Source: Macrostomum hystrix (Eukaryota; Animalia; Platyhelminthes). Taken from it: a DNA stretch of 64,000 nt. The position numbers and the translations under genes were made by a program. Under the pieces are notes generated by a model. That model ran no database searches and was not told where the DNA came from. It saw only the letters and a program-made list of their open reading frames with translations. The stretch is taken from NCBI GenBank assembly GCA_950097015.1, contig CATNEN010000038.1:11718001-11782000 (forward strand), written 5' to 3'. Positions 20,414 to 32,132 of this stretch are shown piece by piece (position 1 is the stretch's first letter; each line of letters opens with the position of its first letter).

Positions 20414-21699
20414 TCAAGCATTGTCAAGCCCAGAATTCGTCAGGCCCAGCTCTTGACGGACCTCGGCCCGCAGCTGCTCGTAAAGTTGACGACGTTCCGG
20501 ACTGTCGGCTGCCTCCTCCAGCTCGAGCTGACGCTCGATTTGTTTGCGCTTGAACACCTGGTCTGCGCGTGGCGTTGCGATAGGAGGTTAATGCGATAGT
20601 TTCAAGGGCTCGGTGTTTCAGATGTACAGTTGTAAAATCTAAAATCTTCTAAAGAATATACTTTAATGATCGAGGCAATACAAAAAGAGTGTCCAAAGCA
20701 ATATTTTTTTCTGTAAAAATAGCGTCGAACTCACGACGTACGAGTACTAGCCAGGGGTTCGATTCCTCACTCCTTCACTAGTGCAAAATCTAGAACAATA
20801 TGTGTCCTTTAGCAAGATACTTAATCCTTAACTGCTTCAGCTCACCCAGCTGTAAAATGGGAACCACCATCAGCTGGGGTAGAAACTTAAGTGGGTGTGG
20901 CAGCTTCCCCAGTCCATGGACTGAACAGCCCTTGGAAGCGGAGCGCAGTATTGGTTTTCAACTTCAATTTCGTGCGCGAGACCGGCCTGCCCAAGTTAGA
21001 GTAAATCCTTGCCTTTGATCTTCGCCGACGCCGCCACCGAGTCCGCCGCAATGCAATTATAATACTTCTGTGGAGTGTCAAGAGATTTATGGCCCTGTGA
21101 ATTTATGACCCTATAGCACAGAATCATAATAAAAAGTCTGCTAATTGGATAGCGCCGACACTTTCACATCCAGCCGCTCTTGAAGCTCCAATCTTATTGG
21201 AGTGACAATACGAGCTCTTTTTGTTGTTTGTCTCCCACTTGGTGTGTTGCCTGAGACGTCAAAAATATATATTGAAAGTACAGGCTCATCATGGCCTATA
21301 TTAATTTAATAGAAGTTAAATTTAGTGGAATTGATTTACTCTAACTTAGGCAGGCCGGTCTCGCGGACGAAATTTAAGTTACTTAGTTTGAAATAGAAGT
21401 TGAAAACCAATAACACTAGTTGTCAAATGGTAAATAACTTGGCTTAGTGTTATTTCTATCTACCTAATATTTCAGTCTTTCAATTTAATCTCTAAAAAAA
21501 GACAAGTCAAGACTAGTAACTAACAAAAGGTGATGTTTCGCGGACTCCACGAGTTCATAAAAAACTCTAGTCCCGCGCCAAATGCGAAGCCGCTAAGCAC
21601 AGCCGATGTCAGCTGCCACCGTAGCATCAGCCGAACTGCCGACGTAGCCAGCAGCCGCTGGGACACGGATGTGAATAGGCCCGACCAACGACGGGGCAT
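20414..21699 (-). CDS. SMIM4: SMIM4/UQCC5-like small mitochondrial membrane protein (107 aa, 2 exons)
   Basis: Exons 21699-21525 and 20562-20414 join to FAFGAGLEFFM...ITFYQVFKRKQIER, which matches the SMIM4 pattern F..G...E..M....TFY.V..RK..ER as I recall it. The spliced product is not in the ORF track. Confidence 0.75.
20750..20945 (+). mobile_element. CORE-SINE (family B) copy in the SMIM4 intron
   Basis: B-box GGTTCGATTCC; TGTGTCCTTTAGCAAGATACTTAA...CCCAGCTGTAAAATGGG resembles the MIR/CORE domain; CAGTCCATGGACTGAACAGCC is shared with 62505-62748. Confidence 0.75.
20946..21418. mobile_element. MITE-like element with about 60-bp terminal inverted repeats
   Basis: TATTGGTTTTCAACTTC..CGCGAGACCGGCCTGCC.AAGTTAGAGTAAATC at the left end is inverted at the right end. 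No TSD identified. Confidence 0.7.
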
Positions 21700-21841
21700 T
21701 GCGGCCAACACGATGCAGGATTACCTGCAGTAGGCGGGTATTTACTAATTGCTTCTTAAATAGGATTAACTTTAACTGATTTATCAAAATAGAGTGAAGG
21801 TAGGCTTCTGATTAACAAAACCTGCACTTAGAATACCTGTA

Positions 21842-22272
21842 TCTACAGAATCTATGATACCTGTCAGCTACAGCATCTATGATACCTGTCAGCTACAGCA
21901 TCTATGATACCTGTCAGCTACAGCATCTATGATACCTGTCAGCTACAGCATCTATGATACCTGTCAGCTACAGCATCTATGATACCTGTCAGCTACAGCA
22001 TCTATGATACCTGTCAGCTACAGAATCTATGATACCTGTCAGCTACAGCATCTATGATACCTGTCAGCTACAGCATCTATGATACCTGTCAGCTACAGCA
22101 TCTATGATACCTGTCAGCTACAGCATCTATGATACCTGTCAGCTACAGCATCTATGATACCTGTCAGCTACAGAATCTATGATACCTGTCAGCTAAAAAT
22201 ATAGTAAAACTGTCAGCTACAGTATTTAGCATTGATACCTGTAAGCTACAGCAATTAGAATACCTGTAAGCT
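21842..22272. repeat. 25-bp minisatellite (ATCTATGATACCTGTCAGCTACAGC)n
   Basis: About 14 clean units plus degenerate ends. Confidence 0.95.
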
Positions 22273-23039
22273 ACTAGAAAACTGATTCAAATTAACAAAG
22301 TAAAAAACTAACAAAATGTAAAATTTCAGTCAATATTTCACACTAAATTGCTGGTAGCAAACGAAAGAGCATTCAGAAATGTGATGCAAATTGTTCAGAA
22401 AATCTGGAGCTCATAAATGAATATATTTTACTCATAAATTTTTGTTAACAAACATCTGCAAATAAAAATAGTTAAAGGGTAAGGCTCTAATCAACTAATT
22501 GAAGTTTTTTGCTTACAGCTAAAGTGCATCCTAGAAAAACACCGATTTGCGAAACAAAGATAATAATATAATTAAAATTATCTTAATATTGCACAACATA
22601 TAATGCACCATTGTTAAGGAGCTGAAGAAAATATGGATTATGGTTGATAAAGAAACATATTAAAGCATTTAAACCATTGTTCTACATTCTACACTAAAAC
22701 GCAGTAGAAACTCTTCAAGAGTTAAAGGTCAGAGGCTAAATTATATTTTAAAGAAAAAAATAATTTTCAATTAGATTCGCACTTCAAGTGCCAGGCGCAA
22801 GATAAAAAACTAACAATTATACACTGTGTGTTAGCAAAAATAACACATGCCAAAAGTTTTAATGAAAAAATGTTGCGTAATAAAATAATTTGCCTACCAA
22901 GAATGAAGATTTCTAAGCGGGTTACGGGACCCATTGCAATAGTTTTTATTTAGGCCATCTGATTCTTAAGTATTGGGAAAAGTAAGTTTATGTATTAATC
23001 AAAGGTGAGTTGAAGGGATTATAAAATATTATTTTTCAG

Positions 23040-23548
23040 TAGGCTGTGGCCACTTGGGCAGCATTTGCCGACAGCAGAATCGGCCTAGGTATATATTATC
23101 TAGGGGGGTTGGCTTTGCTAGTCCTACATACAAAAATACAAGACAAGTAGGATAATGTGTTGGCCAATTGGGGGTTAGAAAATAATTTTTTCTGCGGGCT
23201 GTGGCCACTGGGGGAATAATTTGCTCATCATCAAGGGAGGGGGTTAGCTTTGCTAGTCCTACATACTAAATTACAAGACAAGTAGGATAATGTGTTAGGC
23301 AATTGGGGGTTAGGAACTTTTTTTTCTGCGGGCTGTGGCCACTGGGGGAATCATTTGCTCATCATAAAGGGAGGGGGTTCGCTTTGCTAGTCCTACATAC
23401 TAAATTACAAGACAAGTAGGATAATGTGTTAGGCAATTGGGGGTTAGGAACTTTTTTTCTGCGGGCTGTGGCCACTGGGGGAATCATTTGCTCATCATCA
23501 AGGGAGGGGGTTCGCTTTGCTAGTAGTCCACATACTAAAATACAATAC
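23040..23548. repeat. Tandem repeat of about 133 bp, 3-4 copies
   Basis: GCTGTGGCCACT recurs at 23043, 23198, 23332 and 23465. Confidence 0.9.
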
Positions 23549-24299
23549 AACAATTGAAAAGGTTCTGCCAGCAACTAAATAATAAACTACAACTGGGCTT
23601 ATTAAGCAATATAGTTGGGAACATGTCACCGTAATAAAAACGGGGTGGCGCAAAAATAACTAAGGCATAAATACTATAATACTTACAATCACTTTAAGCT
23701 CTTCGCGACAATGCTTTTACGCTAATAAAAAATAATCTAATTTTTATGAACAAAGATCAATGAATTAAACTAGCATATTGACCAGCCTAGCTATCTTAAA
23801 TAATAAATTAAGCTAGAGAAAAAAGTAAAAAATAATAGTCAGATTACGATTCAACTAATTGAAACACGGCAATTATTTTGCTCTCGAAGTAACGAATCAT
23901 AAGCAGAAAATAATTCGAAATAAAAATGCCCCCGTCTGGTGATGCAAAAGTCGGGCCAAAGGCGCTTTTAATTAGGTTATTTGTGAAAAAATTCTGAGTT
24001 ATAAACAAGTTTAAATTGTTAAAACGAACTGGCATGAAAACTAAAATTATACCGCATTTAAAAATTTACAATAATATAGTTGTTACAGCGCCTCAAGAAA
24101 TTATTGAGATTATATTGAAAATTAAAATAGGTATTAATATAACAGCGGAACCGTCTGCATCATGAGTGCATATTTTTTAACAGAAAGCTTTCTCAGACTA
24201 TAACAAATAATCTATAATCACAACTATCAGAAACAAGTAATTTCTTTTCAAAGCGATAGAAAGCAACCAAAAATAAAGGTTTCTTGTAGGAAGGCAACG

Positions 24300-24356
24300 C
24301 TGGTGGAGTCGGGAAGCGAACCCCCGACCTTCAAGTCGTGAGTCCGACGCTCTAAC
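24300..24356 (-). mobile_element. SINE family B tRNA-like head fragment
   Basis: CGAACCCCCGACCTTCAAGTC is shared with the copies near 26230 and 62695. Confidence 0.7.
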
Positions 24357-24815
24357 GAAAATTATTTCATTTTGTCTTAGCATATTTTGGCATGTGATAA
24401 TAACCCCCGAAAAGTTTTATCGAATTCCTATCAATGGAAAGAAACTCCCCAAAAAGGAATCTTTGAGAATTTAGTCTTTCAACCGATGCCATTAATCCCT
24501 GATAAGATACTTAACAATTAGGGATTTCAATTGCCGTTTTAAGAATTTCCGCACAATAAGGAATATTAAAAAATTTAGGATTTTATTGATCACACAATGT
24601 GTGATAAGAATCACACAATGATATCTTAGAACTTGGGATTTATGACATTAAACGGGGATCTTTTGAAGTATTTGCTTTTAAACGCAGATACAATGGGATA
24701 AAAAATCCTACACAACCATCGAATTCAAAACAGAAGGGATAAAATTAAACCATGACTTTGGTCTTTGATAACACCCCTAAGACTAAAGCATATTATTCAC
24801 CAAGCGTTTAGCCCC

Positions 24816-26074
24816 TCAGAACCAGGACTCGATGCTGACTGGCCAGCCGTTGCAGTCAAGCTCCAGCAGGTAGGGGTGGCAATTTTCGAAGCGCACATTC
24901 CGTCCGATGGTTTGCAAGATAAAAGTGCAAAACACGCCGCCGTGTCCGACCCAAAGTACGCGCCGGCCGGCGACAACCTGCGGCGCTATCCGGCTAGAGA
25001 AATATGAGCTCACCCGGTCGAAGGCGTCCATGCAGGACTCTGCTTCAGGCAGCAGCTCCGACGGCACCCCGGCGTACTTGGCCTCGTGGCCCGGCCAGCG
25101 GGGATCGCTGCGCAGAAGCGGCGGAGGCCGAGTGCTCGGGCTGGGCAGCAAGCCGCGCTGCTGGGTGCAGCCCATCAGGCTGCCGTACATCTGCTCGTTC
25201 AGCTGCCAGGAGGTCTCAATCGGGCAAGTCGAATCCTTTTAGAATGAGGTTTAATAAATTGTTCTGATTTTTTTTACTTTAGATTTCCTCACAAAAAGGT
25301 TTTCTAAAACTTCGGATTCCCACAAAAAGGCTTCCGAATCATTCCGATTCCGGAAACAATGGGATTTCCCATAATTTTTGGAGTTCCGCAAGAATGAGAT
25401 TTACCAGAGTTTTGGATTCCCGCAAGAGTGGGAATGTCCCAGATAAATGAACTCCCACAAAAGGTATTCCTCAGAATAAGGATTTCTAATCAAAGAAGAA
25501 TCCCCAGAGTTAGTATTTCCTCACAAAAAAGGATTCTCCAGACAAATAGATTTCCACACAAAAGGGATTCCCTAGACAATTGGATTTCCCCAAAAGGGAT
25601 TACCAAGAATTAATATTGCCAACTGACCCCGTTGACGACGTGGCCGCAGATGATACGGCAGGTTTTCAGCGCCCTTTGCAACACGCTGCAGAAGGCAATA
25701 TCCGGTGACCAATTGCGCTCGGCCAGTTGCTTAGCAACCGATCTAGCTTGAGCCTCGCCAATGCTAGTCAGGTCCGCGTCCTGCCAGCCGCTCAGTTCTC
25801 GGATGGCGTTGGCGTTCGACTGGCCGTGCCTTATCATCAGCAGCTGACCGGTTGCCATGGTAACTGGCGGTGCCGGTTGGCATAGCAACCTGGGCGAGTC
25901 AGACTGGGGGCTCAGGTGCTGCCTAGCAATGTTGGACGTGGCGGTGTTTGACATTGGCGAGTTGTCCTTAAGCTTCTCTGAGTTGTCTTTTCCAGTCTCG
26001 GTGCTAATATTGTTGTTGCTGCTGCTGCTGCTGCTGCGATTGCACTTTTTCAAATGCATATCGCTGGCTGCCAT
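24816..26074 (-). CDS. Histidine phosphatase / cofactor-dependent phosphoglycerate mutase-like protein (288 aa, 2 exons)
   Basis: Exons 26074-25628 and 25235-24816 (phase 0). Motifs RHGQS..N...SGW.D..L...G..QA, SVLQRA.KT, WQLNEQMYG.L.G, ES..D...RV, VGHG. Confidence 0.88.
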
Positions 26075-26164
26075 TTGGCGAGTTCCTCAAGTTTGACGGC
26101 CGCTGCAACGGTCAGGGGAGAGGCTTTGGTAATAATTTTAATACATAGTTTACATTTTAATTTA

Positions 26165-26290
26165 CAGCACAGCACAGCCGCAGCTATTGCGCGGCGCATC
26201 TAAAGGCTGCGTTCAGTACTGGAGTCGGGAATCGAACCCCCGACCTTCAAGTCTTGAGTCAGACGCTCAAACCACAAGGCTACAACCTCT
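26165..26290 (-). mobile_element. SINE family B, internally deleted copy
   Basis: Head and tail (CAGCACAGCCGCAGCTAT..GCGCGGCG) match 62505-62748. Confidence 0.75.
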
Positions 26291-26671
26291 TGAGTTACTA
26301 TATAATTAGCTAATAAATGAGGGGCAAGGAGATTCGCTGGTCTACGTATACTACAATATACACAGAATAATGCCCCTCAGAAAAAAGCAATATAAGACAA
26401 TGCAATGAAGCTAGCATTCAGTCTATAAAATATCAAGAGGAACAACAAGCGCAGGCTTTTTTAGTTTTATTTTATTCAATGACACAATAATAATTTGAAC
26501 TATAATTGGCATGAAAAGTTAATTAATTACAATAGCTACATATCGAACCTCATGAGAGCAAATACAATTATAAAACTCGATAATTCAGTCGAGACGCAAA
26601 TTCCGTAAAACAGTTTTATCCGTGCTGGAAACCCTACTTAAAGTAGTATAAGTGTCAAATGATTGTACCAA

Positions 26672-27244
26672 TCATCGATTCTCCACAAAGCCAATAGTGG
26701 CGCTAAGCTTTCTAATGGCGTCATATGTGTCAACAAGCGGAGCCACCTCGGCAGCGGCGGCGGCTGCGGCTACTGATTCAGCTGCGGGCGCTAGGAAGTT
26801 TGCATCGTCGGGACACGGTCGCCAGTCGGTGAGGGCTTCGCCAGTTAAAGAGGCCGGCTTGTAGCCAAGCTCGGCAGCTAGCCGGGTCCGGCTGATGCAG
26901 GAATAGGCGGAGGCCAGGGCAGCTGATCGAGTCCGCCTGGTGACAGTCACCAGCCTGGCCAGTAGGTCGGCCAAGTCCGGCGGCAGCGAGCCAGTAGTGT
27001 CTGCAGCGGCCGCGTAGAAACCGGCATAATCTCTGGCGCAGAGGGCGGCGCCGCATCGCCAGATGGCGCCAAGCTGAGCGCCGCCTGTGCGCTTCGGGGA
27101 CAACCGGCGCCAAAGTAGGCGGGCATTGTTCAGATCGCCAGCTAGCAGATAGAGCAGGAGTAGGCGAGAACCAGCCAGCAATTCTAGCGGCGGGCTGGCC
27201 AGCTCCAGCGACTCAAGGCTGGCGATTTCTGCGGCGATGTCGGC
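26672..27244 (-). CDS. COPS8: COP9 signalosome subunit 8 (main coding exon; start codon unresolved)
   Basis: LYLLAGDLNNARLLWRR, LGAIW.CG, RDYAGFY, AYSCI and C-terminal GFVEN match CSN8. Acceptor TTCCAG|GCC at 27244, phase 0. Confidence 0.88.
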   Translation of the reverse strand, partial: ADIAAEIASLESLELASPPLELLAGSRLLLLYLLAGDLNNARLLWRRLSPKRTGGAQLGAIWRCGAALCARDYAGFYAAAADTTGSLPPDLADLLARLVTVTRRTRSAALASAYSCISRTRLAAELGYKPASLTGEALTDWRPCPDDANFLAPAAESVAAAAAAAEVAPLVDTYDAIRKLSATIGFVENR

Positions 27245-27399
27245 CTGGAAGCGGCGTTTAAAACAAATCTTTCTGATATTTCTGATAAAGCCGGACATAT
27301 TTATAATAATATCAGACAAGCGGATTGTAAATCGATATTTAGAGGATTGCTTTTTTAAATGCACTTAATTAAACGTTTTCAATACATTTTACTTAAGCA

Positions 27400-27715
27400 A
27401 TCTAAGAAGATTGTAAATCCCCCCGTAGGAAGATTGTAAATCCCCCAGTAGGAAGATTGTAAATCCCCCAGTAGGAAGATTGTAAATCCCCAGTGGGAAG
27501 ATTGCAAATCACCCAGTAAGAAGATTGTCAATCCCCCAGTAGGAAGATTGTAAATCCCCAGTAGGAAGATTGGAAATCCCCAGTAGGAAGATTGTAAATC
27601 CCCAGTAGGAAGATTGGAAATCCCCAGTAGGAAGATTGTAAATCCCCAGTAGGAAGATTGTAAATCCCCCAGTAGGAAGATTGTAAATCCCCAGTAGGAA
27701 GATTGTAAAGTCCCA
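27400..27715. repeat. 22/23-bp minisatellite (CCCCAGTAGGAAGATTGTAAAT)n
   Basis: About 14 units; degenerate GATTGTAAATC motifs continue to about 27960. Confidence 0.93.
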
Positions 27716-28547
27716 TTAAAAGGCTTGTAAATCTTAAGCAAGAGGATCGTATATGCAAATTAAAAGAATTGCAAATCCAAATTGTGAAGATTGAAATCCC
27801 TAATAAAAATTTTGCAAATAAGAGGATTGTAAATTCAAAATTAAATTATTGTAAATCCACTTTGAGGATTATAAATAGCTATTAAAAAGACTTAAAATCC
27901 CAATCAAAAATACATTCTAAAATCGAACAAGTGGATTGTAAATCGATATTTAGAGGATTGCTTATTATAGTTAAATGTTTTTAAGCACTTTTATTAAAAG
28001 CAATGCCCAGTATATTTCATAGTTTACATAAAAACGTTTTAAATGAAACAGTTAATTAACTTAATTTGTACTTTTATACATAGAAACGGGTAGGCAAAAC
28101 AATGCGAATAAAGCAATACTGTAGCGGTAGTATCGGGTGCACAAGCAGGAATTCATGCAAAAAAGCAAAAGCATCACAAGCTTAAGTAAAAAACTAAGAA
28201 AAAAAATTAAAAGAAAATATGAATTTTTAAATCATTCCAATAATATGGAAAACTCACGATTGAAAATATTAACTCATGCCACATGAAAAGCAGTAAAAAC
28301 ATAAAATAACACGCAAATAAAACTACTTCTCCTGAATAAGAAATACAGAAAAATATGAGAATTTTCATAGCATAAATGTGACATGGTACACACGTCTTGT
28401 CTACAATTTCTAAACCTTTTTTTAGCAGCGCTCAAGGTTGAAAACTCAAACTTTGCTGTTGGCATGAAGAATTAAACAAGACTCCCAGAGTTTTTCAACG
28501 GTCAAGAATGGATTTTCAATAGAATTATTGAAGCATTAGAATGTGAA

Positions 28548-29533
28548 CTACTGGCACACAATGTCCAGTCCGACACCGAAGGTCGAGCGCACGATCTCGC
28601 GTCGAATGCTAATCAGGCGGTTCAATAGGCGGCTTGGCAAAGTTGACGTTGATCTAGATGGACGAGTTCGCCACATATTGCTGTGTAGAAGCAAGCGATT
28701 CTTCAATACCGGCTTCGTCTGCTGCTGCTGCTGCTGAAGCTGGAGTTCTTCAACACTGCGTCGAAGCTCTTCACTATCGTCTAGGAGGCGACGAGCTTCA
28801 ATAATGAAGCCGCGACTATGGCGACCGAACCTTTCGGCGGATTCCAGCGTGCGCTGGGCCGCATTTAGCCTGTCGCTTAGGGACCGCATTCTGGTCCAAG
28901 ACTCACTGCTAGATGATAAAGTTTTGGATCGATCGGAAAGCAGGAGCATCGGACTGGCTGTACGCCAGCTTCTCCAACTATTGTTACTATGCGACTTTGG
29001 CAGCCAACGCCGATGCGTCAGCCAACGAGGACTGCAAGGAAGCGACCAGCACTGAGACCTGGCGTCATCAGCACTGCCAATAAGCGGCCTCTCTAACACG
29101 TGGCGCAATTTCCTAACCAACCAGTTTGGCAAGGGCAGCGTTTTGGGAATGGTAGCCCAGCTGCGATTACTGCTCGGCAAGAGACCACTGGGCTCTTCGT
29201 CATCCTCATGGTCAATGCGGCTAGACGCAGACAGTGGATGATGACAATCTTCGTCATTATCTAGGCGCAGGCTGGGGACAAAGTCCGGTCTCTGCGGCGC
29301 GGATTGAAACTGAGTGGACGGTGCCGCTAAACGAATGGCTTCGTCAATATCAGTCTCCTGCGGCTGTTCTAAAGTAGCAATTTTTTCAAAGTCGACCTTC
29401 TCAGACTCGCTAGTCGCATCCAACGTCTCTGACTCCATTTTATGTTCAATTACAATATCTGGCTTCGCCAGTGCTGCAGGAGAGACAGGGCGCCCACCGC
29501 ACTCTAAGCTGATGCAGAGACGCAGCGAGTTCA
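28548..29533 (-). CDS. Uncharacterised protein, large exon (disordered acidic N-part, C-terminal coiled-coil/polyQ)
   Basis: 328-codon non-repetitive, GC-rich ORF inside AT-rich flanks. A possible phase-1 first exon lies at 30130-30076. No family recognised. Confidence 0.6.
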
Positions 29534-32132
29534 CTTATATATAGGCAGAGAAAAGCAAAACTTCTCTGCCACAGCAGCTCACAGCCAACGGACATTTTAA
29601 TGCATATTTGTTAAAGTTTTACTATGCACACTGCTCTAGTAGGCGTGGCTATTCGGCTCTCATTTAGTTAAGTTAAACTTCTCATTCGGAAACAAAAAAT
29701 GAGATAAAAAGAAAAGGAAATGAGAATAAGAGAGACAGAGAGAGAAGATACTGAAAGCATTCTGCTAGATTCGTGCATAGTTTGCAGAAGTTTTCAGTTC
29801 GGGCTAATCAAGCACAATAGCAAGATTGCTGTTTTTTTAAATAGTGGATACTAAAAGAGATGGAAGAGAGTAGATTATGAAGCGGCACACGACACGATGC
29901 GCAGTTTTGGATTCAATTTTTCTTCTATTCAACCACTTGCGTGCGACCCGTGGATAGGAGGGTTCCCGAAGCCTGATGTGTGACCCAGTTGAAACAATGG
30001 CGACACTAAAACCCAAAATATGAAAGAACACAATTCAGCATTTTGAAAATACTCTGAATCTAGGCATCAACTCACGCTCGTGATGGTCTCTTAAGGTTCT
30101 GTAGCACTGAGCATTCGCTTCTGTAATCATGTGACCAGATTGCTTTAATTTGTGCCCGTATACAGCCCGGGCAAGCTGCTTGAGATATCAACAGAAGACA
30201 GCTTACTAAAGCAGACAGAAAACTCGCTGCTTCGAACACTCCTAATTTAATTAATTCTGTGGCAACAAAAAGCGAGGCAATAATTATTATTTAATAGCAT
30301 CTCTAATTTACTGGGACAGTTTATTAACGAATTTGTAATCCACAATGTGTGCTATGACTAAATGTGGCTGTCGACTAGCAAATCATTATGAGAAACAGAT
30401 GCCAAACTGCAACTGGTTAGAAACGAAACTTGCTCTTGGTTCCCACGGACTAACACAGATTTATTTTTCTGTGTTTTCTGTGTTTAAAGCCACGGGTCGA
30501 GACTTTGGACTGGAAAATGGAAATCGAAAGTCGAGACGGTGCATTTATATTGGCTATGAGAGATTCAACTAGCACAAGAGCAGCATCATAATCCACTTGA
30601 AAATGACAGATCTTGGATAGGCACTAACCAACTTAAAAGTGCGATGCACTAAAATGCTTGTTTCCCCAAATTTCTCTCCCTCTCCTCACAATCACAACTC
30701 CACCATTCTCTGCAATCTTAACCTCCACAAACTCATATTTGAGATTAGTATGTATTCGCAATAAGCCTACATATTTTGCTTTAAGACAATTTACAATAAC
30801 TAGATGATGCTTTTATAACGTCTTATATTTCCTGTCGAAAGTCACCTAGGCATCATACATAGCTTTATTACAAATTACTAAACAAGCTTACTAATAGTAG
30901 GTTATTATGACTTTGAGAGAGTTGATTTTAATTCCAATTTGCATGTTTACAATTAAATAAGCAAAAACGAAAACAATTCCAGCAACAAGCAACTAACCTA
31001 GACAAAAAATGTACAAAGAGAACAGCAAATACATGCTGTCTAATCCATTATTCTGTACTTAAACACTTTGTCACAAATGGTTAATTATTACAATATATAG
31101 CATAGTATCTAATCTTTCTGTGCACATTATTTCTGTTTTTTTAAGTAAACTGAAACAACTTTATACCTCCAAAACCGTTTTTTATATTCCCTACTATAAA
31201 TTGACACAATAAAGTAGCCAATAGAAAGTTTTTTGTAAGTGATTATAATAGCACTTTCATTTAAATAAAAACTAGAAGCAATCTTATTAAGATTTTAACT
31301 AGTTTCCCTCAGAAGTTTGCTAAGAAAAAGTTTGATTAATAAAACTTTTTTCTAGAAGGTAGGAGGCTATTCAAAGTTACAACTATGTGTGCTAGTAAAA
31401 CAATCAAAGCACTAAGTTGCTTTCTTTGACAAATTGAAGAAAGAAATAGGAACAAGAATTAGGTTAGAGTCAATAATTTTCTCAGCTCATAGAGACCAGA
31501 CAATATCAGCTGATATAATCACATACTGTTAGCCTTATTTAGAAAATTTATGTGACCTAGCACTAGCAGACTTAATCTTATTTCCCCTAATAAAATCATA
31601 TCTATGGGGGTAGGTTTCATGAAAATCATGGCATTTTCAAACAGGAAGTTTTAAATGTTCTGCTCCACAAATTATGTTTCCAAAGAAGGGCAATATTGAC
31701 TTGCTCAGCTAACAGTGACTTTTTTGAAAAATAAAAAAAACTTTTTTAAACTTTTTTCAACAAAAATTAATGGTGAGTTTGTTGACTTCGACTAGTGGGC
31801 CATGTTATTCGGGTCAAGAGCTACTGCTCTGCTCTTGACTGCTCTATGGGGCACCCAACATTGTCACTGGCGCAGACCATGTTTGCGTGCTGGCTCTGCG
31901 GCGCTCCATCTGATGCTGCCTCCCTGACTTTTGGGGCTAGCATATTTTGTTGCTGTTGTTGCTTTCTGATAGCAACCACCAAATGTAGATTTCTCAATTA
32001 ATGTTAATTAGTGAAGTTTGTCACAATAAATGTAGTAAGATCAATAATAATTCATAAATGCTATTGTTACTTTTATAATAATAAAGATAATTGACAGCAG
32101 CTCTTAGCTCTGAATTAATATTTTTAATTGAC

